Origin: Actinomycetes bacterium
GTDB lineage: Bacteria > Actinomycetota > Humimicrobiia > Humimicrobiales > Humimicrobiaceae
Direction of reading: 5' to 3'
Assembly (NCBI GenBank): GCA_022396035.1
Contig: JAIOXO010000001.1
Location: 129,769 to 193,768 of the forward strand
DNA length: 64,000 bases
Part shown: in pieces, positions 32,233-42,970 of the stretch
Numbering within the stretch: the stretch's first letter is position 1
How the letters are laid out: the number at the start of each line of letters is the position of its first letter
The notes under the pieces: model-generated
Seen by the model: only the letters and a program-made list of their open reading frames with translations
Told to the model about the DNA's origin: nothing
Databases searched by the model: none
Position numbers and translations under genes: made by a program

Positions 32233-32836
32233 ACATATATCAACTTTTTATAAAAAAAGAAGTTTAGTTTAATTATATTTTAAAGTCAAGCAGGTTTTCC
32301 AGACAGGTAATAAGAATCAAGAAAAGGGTGAAAAGGATTGGTCCCGAGGCAGTAATTGGTGGCAACAGGAAAAGGAAGCCAACAAATGCAATAGAAGATA
32401 TGCTAAAGGGTCTGGTAGTAAAACTTAAGAAAGGACTATCTCCTACCATACTGGAATGCGCCTTGGTGGGGTGCTGGCTCTGTCCTTGGATTTGGTATTC
32501 TTAAAGGTTAAAACTATTGCAGTAAAAAGGTAACATACCTTAAAAGATGGAAATCCCATTCTAAAAAAGCCCAAATTCTTGCAAGAACTAGCTTCCCACT
32601 CTTTAGGCAGTCCGCCTCTTAATAATCAACCCTTAGATCTTTTAAGTATATAAATGACTTTGGGCATTTTTTGTGCTGAAGATTGAATTTGCCAAGCCAA
32701 ATCCTTGAAATTTTGGAACATGCATTCTCTGAGCTTGAATCCAAAAGGGGTTACTTCTCAGCACATCCTTGTCATTTTCAGCACCCAGCCCACAAGGGTT
32801 GATGCTAAAATACATGGATCTCATGAGTTTAGCAGT

Positions 32837-32871
32837 TATTAATATGGTGGAGGCGGCGGGAATCGAACCCG
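32837..32871. repeat. Direct repeat (attR-like) overlapping the genuine 3' end of ssrA
   Basis: Identical 35-mer to 26893..26927. Confidence 0.7.
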
Positions 32872-33197
32872 CGTCCGAAGATATTGCCACTTAAACTTCT
32901 ACAAGCTTATCCCTTATTTTAATTTCGCTGTCATGTCTGGTAAGGGCACCATCCATAAAAGCTATCCCGCATAAATTTCCCCTGCTATACCTGCGGACAA
33001 GGTATAACCGGGTATCCTGCTAAACGTCGCCTATCGAAAAGCACAGGAAACCTCCCGTAGACGAGCAACGTTAAACTACGCCGCTAAAGCTAACTGTGAA
33101 TCGTCAGCATTTATGTTTAGTTTCAGCTTTTTACGAGTTCTGATACTCGGCTTGCCATCCAAGCTCAACCTATCCCCGTCGAATCCAATTCGCCCCC
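32845..33197 (-). ncRNA. ssrA: tmRNA (transfer-messenger RNA)
   Basis: 5' end GGGGGCGAAUUGGAUUCGACGGGGA and 3' end UUCGGACGCGGGUUCGAUUCCCGCCGCCUCCACCA closely match E. coli tmRNA termini. Acceptor stem has the G3:U70 Ala identity pair. Internal tag reading frame GCT GAC GAT TCA CAG TTA GCT TTA GCG GCG TAG gives ADDSQLALAA* (33108..33076). Located immediately downstream of smpB. Confidence 0.9.
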
Positions 33198-33228
33198 ATA
33201 TATGGAGCAGAATCATAATACAACAAAT

Positions 33229-33711
33229 TCATCTATATTTCAAAGCTCTTTTAATTTCCCTCTGCATCTCTTTTTCCTGTATATCCCGTCTTTTATCCCT
33301 CTTCTGCTTACCTTTGGCCAAAGCAAGTTTAACCTTTACCTTATTATCCCTAAAATAAACCTCCAGAGGCACCACGGTAAGGCTCTTATCGGTTAATTTT
33401 GAAGCCAGCCTGTCAATCTCTTTTCGGTGCATCAGCAGTTTTCGGGTCCTAACCGGATCTATCTCCTCAATCCTGGCCTTATCATAGGGAGATATGTGTA
33501 CATTATACAGCAGCAGCTCCCCATTCCTTATCCGGGCATAACTGTCTTTTAAATTAAGCTTATGCGCCCGGATAGATTTAACTTCGCTGCCCCTGAGCAC
33601 AATACCTGCCTCGTAGCTGTCCAGTATAAAAAAATCCCTTAAAGCCTTTTTGTTCCTGGCTGCTGTTACCCTATTTTCATCACTTTTATTCTGCTTAGCC
33701 ATTGTTCTCAT
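33229..33711 (-). CDS. smpB: SsrA-binding protein
   Basis: Full-length SmpB with a basic C-terminal tail (KGKQKRDKRRDIQEKE); upstream of ssrA on the same strand. Confidence 0.9.
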   Translation of the reverse strand: MRTMAKQNKSDENRVTAARNKKALRDFFILDSYEAGIVLRGSEVKSIRAHKLNLKDSYARIRNGELLLYNVHISPYDKARIEEIDPVRTRKLLMHRKEIDRLASKLTDKSLTVVPLEVYFRDNKVKVKLALAKGKQKRDKRRDIQEKEMQREIKRALKYR

Positions 33712-34948
33712 CCATCATTGAATTTAAAACTTCCTTGGCCCGGTTAAGCTGGGTATCCTCTTCTGCTTCCAGATCCAGCTCCACTTTTACATCAGGCTCT
33801 ATACCCACTTCATTTATGGATTCTCCCGAAGGCAAAAGATAGTTGGCAGTAGTAAACTTAAGCCCGCCACCATTGGAAAGTTCCTGTATGGTCTGTACCG
33901 TTCCCTTGCCAAAGGTGGTCTCGCCTACCAGAGTTGCCCTTCCGGTTTCCTTGAGCGCTCCTGCTACCAGTTCTGAAGCACTGGCTGAAAATTCATTCAC
34001 TAAAATCACCAGGGGAATATCTGTATACACTCCTTCTTTAGCCTTGTAGGTGCTGGTCCTCTCCTGATCCTCTGTTCTTCCCTTAACTATTACTATAGTT
34101 CCTTCATCCATAAAAAGATCACATACCGCTACGGCATCGTCCAAAATGCCTCCCAGATTATTACGCAAATCCAGTATTATGCCTTCCGCACCTTCATCTT
34201 TTAGCTTCTTTATCTGCTGCTGCAGTTTTTCTGCCCCCATATCCTGGAAACCAATATACTGTACATAACCAATATTGCCATCTATTAACTCTGAAAATAC
34301 ATTGGGCACATAAAACTTCTGCCTGGTTATATCCACCTCAAAACTTTCTTTTTCCGAAGGCCGGTAGATGGTTAAGTTGACATCAGTCCCCTCTTCGCCC
34401 TTGATCTTAGTAACCACTTTCTCCAGCGACAGCCCCAGGGTAGGCTCATCTTCCACCCGGGATATAATGTCACCCTCTTTTAAACCATTGTTAGAAGCAG
34501 GGGTATCCTCTATAACCGTTACTATTACTACCCTTTCCTGTTCATCCTGGGTGACTATTACCCCGATGCCGCTCATGGTTCCCTGGTAGGATTCTATTAT
34601 CTCCTGATATTCTTCCTGGGTAAAATATTCTGCATACTTATCATCCAGACCCTCCAGCATACCTTCTATAGCATTCTGTAGTAACTGCTGTTTGGACTGC
34701 TGATAGATTGAACTGCTTACTATAAGATCTATGGCTTCTTCCAGAGGCTCCAGGCTAAACTCCTGTTCCTGGTTTCTATTAGCCTGGTTTCCTATGCCCA
34801 GAAGGCTGGTGGTACTGTTGCCGTTGGAAAGTTGTTTTATGGAAGAAAAATTTATCCCCAGCCAAAAACCGGTAGAAAGTACGAATATAATTGCAATAAC
34901 TATTGCAATAATTTTTATGATTAATCTTTTCAGCATAAAAAATACCAC
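33695..34948 (-). CDS. S41-family C-terminal processing peptidase (CtpA/CtpB-like)
   Basis: PDZ domain plus S41 catalytic region (GASASELVAGAL..TFGKGTVQT); N-terminal TM anchor. Confidence 0.85.
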   Translation of the reverse strand: MVFFMLKRLIIKIIAIVIAIIFVLSTGFWLGINFSSIKQLSNGNSTTSLLGIGNQANRNQEQEFSLEPLEEAIDLIVSSSIYQQSKQQLLQNAIEGMLEGLDDKYAEYFTQEEYQEIIESYQGTMSGIGVIVTQDEQERVVIVTVIEDTPASNNGLKEGDIISRVEDEPTLGLSLEKVVTKIKGEEGTDVNLTIYRPSEKESFEVDITRQKFYVPNVFSELIDGNIGYVQYIGFQDMGAEKLQQQIKKLKDEGAEGIILDLRNNLGGILDDAVAVCDLFMDEGTIVIVKGRTEDQERTSTYKAKEGVYTDIPLVILVNEFSASASELVAGALKETGRATLVGETTFGKGTVQTIQELSNGGGLKFTTANYLLPSGESINEVGIEPDVKVELDLEAEEDTQLNRAKEVLNSMMDENNG

Positions 34949-35013
34949 CTAAAATGAAAGCTTTACTAATAAATTATATGCTTTTAGGGTAAAAAGCAAT
35001 ATCTGCTAAATTG

Positions 35014-36186
35014 TTACAAATAGCCCATGGGGTTCTGGGCATTTCCATTAATCCTGACCTCGAAATGAAGGTGGGGACCTGTGGACCAGCCGGTGGAACC
35101 CACAAAACCAATAACCTGTCCCCTCTGTACCATCTGGCCGTTGGAAACATTAAACCCGGACATATGTGCATACCAGGTAGCGTAGCCGCCTCCATGGTAG
35201 ATCATTATGGAATTACCGTAACCGCCAAAATAACCTGCCTGCACCACCTGGCCTCCGTCAGCTGCAATTATGGGTGTACCATAGGGAGCTGCTAAATCCA
35301 GTCCTGAATGAAATCTCCTGGTCCCGAATATGGGGTGTACTCGGTAACCAAAACCAGAGCTTATCCTTCCCGCTACCGGCCAGGCAAACTTGCCTCCGGG
35401 GGCGCTTCCATAGCGGTAGCTTTCCAGAATTCGTTTAACCTCTGATTCCTTAGCCGCCAGCTGCTTTTCCATCTGGATGAGAGCGTTCTTGTTAGCCGTA
35501 GTCTGGGATAGCAGTGAGTTTTTTTCATTATATATGCCTTCTACCTCTGCTTTTTTGGCTTCAGCCTGTACCACCAGGGATTCGACTTTTTCTTTGCTTT
35601 CCCTCTGCTTTTCCCTCAGGTCCAATATGGACTTCTTTACACTTAAGGTGGCCTGTTTTTCATCCTTGATGGCAGTTATAATTTCAGTATCCTGCTCGGC
35701 AAGGTTGTTCATCAGCTTGATACGGGAGACAAACTCCAGGAAGCTTTCCGCTTTTAGCAGAATTTCTAAAACATTAATATTGCGGTTTTTGTAAATGGAG
35801 GCAACCCGGTCATTTAAAATCTGGATCTTGGAATCCAGTTCCAGTTCTATATCTTTAAGCTCCTGTTCCTTCAGGACCAGCTCGATGGTGGTTTTATCAA
35901 TCTCCGCCTTGGCCTCCACCAGTTTATTGTTGAGGTCATTTAAGTCTGACAGAGCTCCCAGCAGCTGTTCTTCCACTACTGCTACCTGCTGAATGTATTC
36001 CTGCTCCTGCTTCTTTACTTCCTGTATTTTTTCCTGGGTTTCTTCTCTCTCTTCCTTGATTTGCTCCAGTTCCTCTTCCAGGGTCTGGGCATGAAGCATA
36101 GAAGGATTATAGCCGGATATAAAAGAAGCGGTGGCTACTATAATTGCTACAATTATGGCTATAATGTTTTTGCTACAATTTTGCAT
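35014..36186 (-). CDS. M23-family metallopeptidase with an N-terminal coiled coil (EnvC-like, partner of FtsEX)
   Basis: Long coiled-coil region; C-terminal LytM domain (HSGLDLAAPYGTPI..GSTGWSTGPHLHFEV). Confidence 0.8.
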   Translation of the reverse strand: MQNCSKNIIAIIVAIIVATASFISGYNPSMLHAQTLEEELEQIKEEREETQEKIQEVKKQEQEYIQQVAVVEEQLLGALSDLNDLNNKLVEAKAEIDKTTIELVLKEQELKDIELELDSKIQILNDRVASIYKNRNINVLEILLKAESFLEFVSRIKLMNNLAEQDTEIITAIKDEKQATLSVKKSILDLREKQRESKEKVESLVVQAEAKKAEVEGIYNEKNSLLSQTTANKNALIQMEKQLAAKESEVKRILESYRYGSAPGGKFAWPVAGRISSGFGYRVHPIFGTRRFHSGLDLAAPYGTPIIAADGGQVVQAGYFGGYGNSIMIYHGGGYATWYAHMSGFNVSNGQMVQRGQVIGFVGSTGWSTGPHLHFEVRINGNAQNPMGYL

Positions 36187-36241
36187 AAGTTAAAATAATA
36201 TGTTTTCCTTATTCTACCATACCTTTTTATAATGTTAAGTC

Positions 36242-37150
36242 CTAAACTTTCAGGTAACGTCTCAGGGCCAGGGCACTGCTTATCAGTCCCACCAGCACCC
36301 CCAGGCCTATCAGCAGCAGATAAATATATATGACAGTATCATTGCTGCCTACAATAGCCAGATCCTTAATCCTCATGGTATCCACTATGGCCCTTTCCCC
36401 CTTTATAAGCAGGAAATTACCCAGAAAATAAAGGATAACTACCGCCAGTATACTGCCCAGAAAGCCCTCAAAAAAGCCCTCAAAAAGGAAGGGTATACGT
36501 ACAAACCAGTTGGAAGCTCCCACCAGCTTCATGACTTCAACTTCCTTTCTCCTGGCATGTATGGACAGCCGGATAGTATTGTATATAAGCACAATAGTGG
36601 CCAGAAGCAGCACAATTATTATCAGCAAAGCAATAGTGCCCACAATGGCTATTACTGAAAACAGTTTATTTACATAGTTCTGGCCATATATAACATCATT
36701 TACCCCTTCAATAAAGCCGCCGTCCTGGTTAATAAACCGCAGGGCCACCTGGTCCACCTTTTCCGGATCATTAAGGGTTAGCTCAAAAGATGCGGGCAGG
36801 GGATTGCCCTGAATTTCCTTAAGTATATCGCTGCCCTCATTTTTTTCCCTGAACTGCTCCAGGGCCTGGTCTTTGGATATGAACCTCACATCCTTTATCT
36901 CTTCCCAGCCCTCAATCTCCTGTTCCAGATAGGTCTGCAATTCATCGGAGACATTATCTTCAAGGTAAACTGCAATTTCAACCTGGCCTTTTATGGAATT
37001 GAGTATGCCCAGCACATCATAAACTATCACTGAAAACAGCCCGACCATAAACAGGGTTATGGCTACAGTGGTGATAGCGGTAAAAGCCATCAAAAAATTT
37101 CTCTTAAAATTGGAAAAGGTCTCTCCGAAATAATACTTGGCCCTGGTCAT
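36242..37150 (-). CDS. ftsX: Cell-division ABC transporter permease
   Basis: 4-TM FtsX topology with a large extracellular loop; overlaps the ftsE stop. Confidence 0.85.
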   Translation of the reverse strand: MTRAKYYFGETFSNFKRNFLMAFTAITTVAITLFMVGLFSVIVYDVLGILNSIKGQVEIAVYLEDNVSDELQTYLEQEIEGWEEIKDVRFISKDQALEQFREKNEGSDILKEIQGNPLPASFELTLNDPEKVDQVALRFINQDGGFIEGVNDVIYGQNYVNKLFSVIAIVGTIALLIIIVLLLATIVLIYNTIRLSIHARRKEVEVMKLVGASNWFVRIPFLFEGFFEGFLGSILAVVILYFLGNFLLIKGERAIVDTMRIKDLAIVGSNDTVIYIYLLLIGLGVLVGLISSALALRRYLKV

Positions 37151-37854
37151 TATTCTCCGTAAACCCCTCTCTTCTGGTCCCTTATTATCTCTCCGTTCTC
37201 CAGCTCTACCACTCTTCTGCGCATTGAATTTACCACACTCTTGTCGTGGGTGGCCATGACCACGGTAGTGCCGATTAAGCTTATCCTGGAAAGGAGCTTC
37301 ATAATACCGTCACTGGTGGTCGGATCCAGGTTTCCGGTAGGCTCATCTGCCAGCAATACGGGAGGGCGGTTTACAAAAGCCCTGGCTATGGATACCCTCT
37401 GCTGCTCCCCTCCCGAAAGCTGATGGGGAAAGGAACTCATCTTCTGGTACAATCCTACCAGCTTAAGTACCTGGGGAACCTGGATTTTGATTACATAGGT
37501 AGGCTTGCCTATTACATCCAGGGCAAAAGCTACATTTTCAAACACGGTTTTATTGGGCAAAAGCTTAAAATCCTGGAAGACACAGCCCATGTTTCTCCTG
37601 AGCTGGGGTACGCGGGAAGATTTCAGTTTACAAATATTTCGCCCTGCTATAAGGATAGAACCACTGGATACATCGTATTCCTTTATAAGCAGCTTAATAA
37701 ATGTAGATTTTCCCGAACCGCTGGGGCCCACCAGGAAGATAAATTCACCCTTCTTAACCATAACATTTATATTTTTTAGAGCGATGGTATTATCATCATA
37801 AATCTTGGTAACATTCTTAAATTCAATCATATTCATGGTCATGTTAGAAAGCAA
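37150..37854 (-). CDS. ftsE: Cell-division ABC transporter ATP-binding protein
   Basis: Walker [10 protein letters not shown], signature [14 protein letters not shown], Walker [12 protein letters not shown]. Confidence 0.9.
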   Translation of the reverse strand: MLSNMTMNMIEFKNVTKIYDDNTIALKNINVMVKKGEFIFLVGPSGSGKSTFIKLLIKEYDVSSGSILIAGRNICKLKSSRVPQLRRNMGCVFQDFKLLPNKTVFENVAFALDVIGKPTYVIKIQVPQVLKLVGLYQKMSSFPHQLSGGEQQRVSIARAFVNRPPVLLADEPTGNLDPTTSDGIMKLLSRISLIGTTVVMATHDKSVVNSMRRRVVELENGEIIRDQKRGVYGE

Positions 37855-37875
37855 AAATTTTTTATTAGATAGAGT

Positions 37876-38980
37876 TTAACCTCTGGTTAACATTTTTTCA
37901 AGATAACCCCTTATAAATTCATCTATATCTCCATCCAGCACCGATTGTACATCCCCTATCTCCACTCCCGTACGGTGATCTTTAATAAGCTGGTAGGGCT
38001 GGAGGGTATAGCTTCTTATCTGATTACCCCAGGCAATATCTTTTTTCTCTCCCCTTACCCTATCCATCTTTTCCTGCTTTTTTTGCATCTCCAGTTCGTA
38101 AAGCTTGGATTTAAGAATCTGCATAGCAGTCTGCCGGTTAAGCATCTGGGAACGTTCATCCTGGCAGCTGACTACAATTCCGCTAGGCTGATGGGTTATC
38201 CTGACTGCTGAATCGGTAACATTTACATGCTGCCCTCCGGCTCCGCTGGACCGGAAGGTATCAATTTTTAAGTCTTCTTTGTTTATGTTTATGTCCACCT
38301 CCTGCTCAAACAGAGGGGTAACTTCCACCGAAGCAAAGGAGGTATGCCTCCTCTTAGAAGAATCAAAGGGGGAAATCCTTACCAAACGGTGTATGCCTTT
38401 TTCCCCTTTGAGCAGCCCGTAAGCATAATCGCCCTTCACGGTCAGGGTAGCATTCTTGATACCGGCCTCATCTCCCGGTGACAGGTCAACCATGCGGTAA
38501 TTTAGTTTCCTCTTTTCCATCCACCTTGTATACATCCTCAGCAGCATCTCGGCCCAATCCTGGGATTCAGTTCCTCCGGCACCGGGATGTATGTTAAGCA
38601 CTGCGGGGTAAGCATCATAGGGTCCGGAAAGTATAGCCTGCTCTTCAATACCATCGGTCGCTTTTTTCAGCTGGCTTAAATTTTCTTTTAACTCTGATTC
38701 AAGTTTGGCATCCGGGCCTGCCTCCAGAAGCTGCAGCCCCAGTTCCGTATCTTCGGCCAGCTGCCCGGCCTGCTCATACCTGTCAATTAAGTCTTTGATG
38801 CTGTTTATGTCCTGTAAAATCTTCTGGGCCCGGTCTTTGTTTTCCCAGAAATCTGATTTTAGTGACTGTTTCTGCAGCCGGTCCAGCTGGCTTTTTTTCT
38901 TATCTATTTCAAAGACAATCCTTTAAGAATGAGAGCTTTTCCTTTATTTCTTTAAGTTTATCGGGATAATCTTGTATCAT
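37876..38980 (-). CDS. prfB: Peptide chain release factor 2, with programmed +1 ribosomal frameshift
   Basis: The frame-0 ORF MIQDYPDKLKEIKEKLSFLKDCL (38980..38912) ends at CTT TGA (38914..38909), preceded by a SD-like AAAGGA. The +1 frame continues EIDKKKSQL....HPGAGGTESQDW... through the GGQ and SPF regions to 37876. The ORF track reports only the post-shift part (37876..38601). Confidence 0.9.
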
Positions 38981-38982
38981 GG

Positions 38983-41502
38983 TTACCTTCCGCAACACTT
39001 TTTATATTTTTTACCGCTTCCACAGGGACAGGGGTCATTTCTGCCCACCTTTTCCTTGCTCCCGGCCGGCTCCCTGGAAGGAGGCCGGGAAGCCTGGGCC
39101 GGTCCGCTGGCAGTAATATTTTCCAGGGGATTCCTTTTAGGCTCCTGTTTTTTAGCCACCACCCTGGCATTAAACAACAGCTTTACCGTATCCGACCTGA
39201 TTTCCGATATAAGTTCCTTAAACAGGCCAAAGGCTTCGTGCTTGTATTCTACCAGAGGATCTCTCTGGCCGATAGCCCTCAGGCCAATTCCTTCCTTCAG
39301 GTAGTCCATTTCCAACAGATGTTCTCTCCAGCGGTTATCTATTACATCCAGCATTATAAACTTCTCCAGATTTCTGGTAACTTCCGGCCCCAGCTCCTGT
39401 TCCCTCTGCTGGTAAGCATTAAGCGCCTTCTGCTTTAGCAGCTGGGCCAGCTGGTCAACCTTCATGTTTTCCTTTACAGCGTCTGGCTCCACCAGACTCT
39501 GTCCAAAGATAGGGTCGGCAGCTGAAGCCAGCCCTGCCAGGTCCCAGTTTTCGGGATAATCATTTTTATTTATATGGACTTTTACCAGCTCACCAACTAC
39601 CTCTTCAATCAGGGAGACGGCATTCTGTTTGAGATCCTGTTCTAAAAGTATCTTCTCCCTGCGGCCGTAGATTACCTCCCTCTGCTTGTTCATAACGTCA
39701 TCATACTCTAAGACATGCTTCCTTATTTCAAAATTACGGGATTCCACCTGTCTCTGCGCATTCTCCACCGCCCTGTTTATCATAGGGTGCTGTATGGGCA
39801 TATCATCAGGGAAATTGAACCTTTCCATAATTGCACCGATACGGTCCGAACCAAACAGCCGCAACAGCTCATCCTCTGTAGAGAGGTAAAACTGGCTGGA
39901 GCCTGGATCTCCCTGTCTGCCGCTTCTTCCCCGCAGCTGATTGTCTATTCTCCTGCTCTCATGGCGTTCGGTACCCAGTACATGCAAACCTCCCCGGTCT
40001 GTCACCCCCGGGCTCAGAACAATGTCAGTACCTCTTCCGGCCATATTGGTAGCGATAGTAACTGTACCCTTTTGTCCGGCATCTGCTACTACCTGGGCTT
40101 CCTTTTCATGCTGCTTGGCATTAAGCACACTGTGGGGGATACCCAGCCGTTTAAGCATACCGGAAAGCTTCTCCGATTTTTCAATAGAGATGGTGCCTAC
40201 CAGTACCGGCTGGCCTTTCTGGTACCGGCTGGCAATATCATTGACCACATTCTCAAACTTTAACTGTTCGCTCTGATATATAAGGTCGGGAAGCTCATCC
40301 CTTTTTAGAGGCTTGTTGGTAGGTATAACCACCGTTTCCAAACCGTATATATGCCTGAACTCTGCTGCTTCGGTAATGGCAGTACCGGTCATTCCGGCCA
40401 GGGTGTCATACATACGGAAATAATTCTGTATGGTTATGGTAGCCAGGGTCTGGTTTTCGTCCCGTATGGCCACTTTCTCCTTGGCCTCTATGGCCTGGTG
40501 CAGGCCCTCTGAATATCTCCTGCCGGGCATAAGCCTGCCCGTAAACTCATCCACTATCATTACTTCGCCGTCTTTTACTATATAATCCACATCTTTTTTA
40601 AACAGGTAACTGGCTTTAAGGGACTGGTTAAGCGCATGGACCAGCAGGTAGTTGGAAGGATCATAAAGATTGTCAATCCCGGTTATATTCTCTACCTTTT
40701 CTACCCCCTCTTCGGTTATGGCAGCATTTCTGGCCTTCTCATCTATCTCAAAATCTACCCCTTCTTCCAGCATGGGGACTATACGGGAAAACTGTTTATA
40801 CAGCTTGGTTGTACCGGTAGCCACCCCCGATATTATAAGGGGGGTTCTGGCTTCGTCAATCAATATACTGTCCACCTCATCTATAATGGCATACTGGTGC
40901 TCTTTCTGGACCATCCGGTCCCTGCTTATTACCATATTGTCCCTGAGGTAATCAAAGCCAAATTCATTATTGGTGCCATAGACCACGTCCGCATCATACT
41001 GCTGCTTCTTTTCTGCCGTATCCATTCCATGCTGCAGAAGCCCCACTTTCAGGCCCAGAAAATCATAAATCTTACCCATCCACTGGCTGTCCCTTTTGGC
41101 CAGGTAATCATTGACAGTAACCAGATGGGTACACCTGCCGCCAATGGCATTAAGGTATATTGGCAGTGTGGCCACCAGGGTCTTCCCTTCACCGGTTTTC
41201 ATCTCGGCAATCTTTCCTTCATACAATACCGCACCGCCCATTATCTGTACATCAAAGTGCCTCATGCCCAGAGTCCTTTTGGCTACTTCCCTTACCACTG
41301 CAAATGCTTCCGCCATTAGCTCATCCAGGCTCTGGCCCTCAGAGTGCCTCTGTTTAAACCGGGCAGTCTTGGTTGCCAGCGCACTATCATCCAGCTTCTT
41401 GAGTTCATCCTCATAACCGGCAACCTGCTCCACCAGCTGCTCATAGACTTTTAGTTTTTTACCCTCGCCAAATTTTAATATATTTGTAATTTTCTCAAAC
41501 AT
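38983..41502 (-). CDS. secA: Preprotein translocase ATPase
   Basis: 839 aa; DEAD motor motifs; C-terminal zinc-binding tail [14 protein letters not shown]. Confidence 0.95.
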   Translation of the reverse strand: MFEKITNILKFGEGKKLKVYEQLVEQVAGYEDELKKLDDSALATKTARFKQRHSEGQSLDELMAEAFAVVREVAKRTLGMRHFDVQIMGGAVLYEGKIAEMKTGEGKTLVATLPIYLNAIGGRCTHLVTVNDYLAKRDSQWMGKIYDFLGLKVGLLQHGMDTAEKKQQYDADVVYGTNNEFGFDYLRDNMVISRDRMVQKEHQYAIIDEVDSILIDEARTPLIISGVATGTTKLYKQFSRIVPMLEEGVDFEIDEKARNAAITEEGVEKVENITGIDNLYDPSNYLLVHALNQSLKASYLFKKDVDYIVKDGEVMIVDEFTGRLMPGRRYSEGLHQAIEAKEKVAIRDENQTLATITIQNYFRMYDTLAGMTGTAITEAAEFRHIYGLETVVIPTNKPLKRDELPDLIYQSEQLKFENVVNDIASRYQKGQPVLVGTISIEKSEKLSGMLKRLGIPHSVLNAKQHEKEAQVVADAGQKGTVTIATNMAGRGTDIVLSPGVTDRGGLHVLGTERHESRRIDNQLRGRSGRQGDPGSSQFYLSTEDELLRLFGSDRIGAIMERFNFPDDMPIQHPMINRAVENAQRQVESRNFEIRKHVLEYDDVMNKQREVIYGRREKILLEQDLKQNAVSLIEEVVGELVKVHINKNDYPENWDLAGLASAADPIFGQSLVEPDAVKENMKVDQLAQLLKQKALNAYQQREQELGPEVTRNLEKFIMLDVIDNRWREHLLEMDYLKEGIGLRAIGQRDPLVEYKHEAFGLFKELISEIRSDTVKLLFNARVVAKKQEPKRNPLENITASGPAQASRPPSREPAGSKEKVGRNDPCPCGSGKKYKKCCGR

Positions 41503-41516
41503 AATTTTTCACCAGA

Positions 41517-42056
41517 TTATTCAGTAGTAGGCTCAATAAGCCCGTAATTGGAATCTTTCCTGCGGTAAACCACTGCCGTATCATTGGTTTCCGAATTTAT
41601 AAATACAAAAAAGTCATGTCCCAGAAGCTCCATCTGCATTACTGCCTCTTCCGGAGCAATGGGTTTTAACATAAAGGTTTTGGTTTTGACTATCTGTTTC
41701 TTTAATTTCTCCACCGCATTATTTTCATTGCTGTCTGCCGGAGATTTCCTGCTCCTTTGAATCCTCTTGTTCTTAAACTTCTTGGCCTGCCTTTCCAGCT
41801 TGTCACTTACCTTGTCTATGGCAGAAAAAACATCCGTCCCCGAATCTTCGGCCCTGATAACTGCTCCTGCAGTAAACACGGTAACTTCAGCCCGGTTGTT
41901 TTCATTTATGCTGGGATTCTTCTCAAAAATTAATTTTAGCTCTACTTCCATCGCTTTATCCAAAAATTTATCTACCCTCGCCTTTATCTTTTTGTCCGCA
42001 TACTCTTTTATCTTGTCATCCAGATCGATGTCTATGCCCCTGACTCTAAATTCCAT
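41517..42056 (-). CDS. hpf: Ribosome hibernation-promoting factor (long form)
   Basis: N-terminal RaiA/YfiA domain plus a C-terminal dimerisation domain; conserved hpf-secA-prfB synteny of Firmicutes. Confidence 0.85.
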   Translation of the reverse strand: MEFRVRGIDIDLDDKIKEYADKKIKARVDKFLDKAMEVELKLIFEKNPSINENNRAEVTVFTAGAVIRAEDSGTDVFSAIDKVSDKLERQAKKFKNKRIQRSRKSPADSNENNAVEKLKKQIVKTKTFMLKPIAPEEAVMQMELLGHDFFVFINSETNDTAVVYRRKDSNYGLIEPTTE

Positions 42057-42070
42057 TTTTCCCTCCTTGG

Positions 42071-42283
42071 TTAATTGTTTTTAAGGCAAACCTCAACCGC
42101 TATGGAGCCCCTGTGGTCATGGTCCAGTTTAAAAACCACCTTCTGGCCCCGGCTAAGGCTTTTAAAGCCGGTACCGCTTATGCCGCTATAGTGGACAAAA
42201 ATATTATCCACATCCCCTGACTTTATAAAGCCAAACCCCTTTTCGGGGCTGAACCATTTTACTATACCCTGTTCCTGATTCAT
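42071..42283 (-). CDS. Cold-shock protein (CspA family)
   Basis: GIVKWFSPEKGFGFI RNP1 motif plus VFVHY RNP2. Confidence 0.9.
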   Translation of the reverse strand: MNQEQGIVKWFSPEKGFGFIKSGDVDNIFVHYSGISGTGFKSLSRGQKVVFKLDHDHRGSIAVEVCLKNN

Positions 42284-42963
42284 ATATGCTGCTCTCCCCT
42301 GGCTACAGTTAAAAGATACACCTTTTCTGCCCCCGCCTGTTTAGCCAGCCAGGCAATATGGTTTAAGGTGCTTCCAGTAGTAAAAACATCATCTATCAGC
42401 AGCAGGTTGCGGCCCCAGTATTTCAGGCAATTTATAACTTTGTAGCTGCCTGCCGGATTATATTTTCTTGAATAGCTGTCCAGCTTCTTCTGCTCCTGGT
42501 TTTCCTTAATTTTCATCAAGTTGTTAGCATAAGGTATTTTCAACTTGCTTTCAAGGTGTTTGCATATCCTGTGAATATGGCTTCCCGGGGCCCCGTCTAA
42601 TACCTCTATATTCTCCCCCATATAATGCTTCAGGTAACAGTCTTGAAGCCAGGAAGCCAGAAGGTCTGACAACTGATACAGGCGCAGCTGTTTGTAGCGG
42701 TAGATAATGGTTTTTATACCTGCCCGGTAAAAGGCAAAACTCCTGCACCGCCAGTAATACAGGGACTGACGGGAACAGAAACTGCAACCTGATCGTGAAC
42801 CTGGTTTCCCACAACGTTCACATATTCCGGTGCCGATAACTTCTATCTGCCGTCTGCATTTATCACACAAGCTGTCGGTAGTTATCCTTCCACATAGACA
42901 ACAGGCAGGAGCCAGGAACATATCTTTAAATGCCTGGCCTAAATTTAGATGACTTAAATTCAC
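42280..42963 (-). CDS. comFC: ComF-family protein (ComFC-like phosphoribosyltransferase with N-terminal zinc finger)
   Basis: N-terminal double CxxC; C-terminal PRTase motif LLIDDVFTTGSTL. Confidence 0.75.
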   Translation of the reverse strand: MNLSHLNLGQAFKDMFLAPACCLCGRITTDSLCDKCRRQIEVIGTGICERCGKPGSRSGCSFCSRQSLYYWRCRSFAFYRAGIKTIIYRYKQLRLYQLSDLLASWLQDCYLKHYMGENIEVLDGAPGSHIHRICKHLESKLKIPYANNLMKIKENQEQKKLDSYSRKYNPAGSYKVINCLKYWGRNLLLIDDVFTTGSTLNHIAWLAKQAGAEKVYLLTVARGEQHI

Positions 42964-42970
42964 CGGATAG

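Noticed and set aside
28900-32300. Possible integron-type gene cassettes (ORF followed by palindromic attC-like element)
   Set aside because: The palindromic 3' elements lack the R''/L''/L'/R' core sites (GTTRRRY / RYYYAAC). Each ORF has its own leader with promoter-proximal terminator. No intI is present.
32642-32890. Minus-strand 82-aa ORF
   Set aside because: Overlaps the 3' end of the tmRNA gene and decayed spacer DNA. No coding signal.
38705-38926. Plus-strand 73-aa ORF
   Set aside because: Lies antisense to the prfB N-terminal (pre-frameshift) coding region, so it is spurious.
39238-41416. Multiple plus-strand ORFs inside secA
   Set aside because: Antisense to secA, with no independent support.
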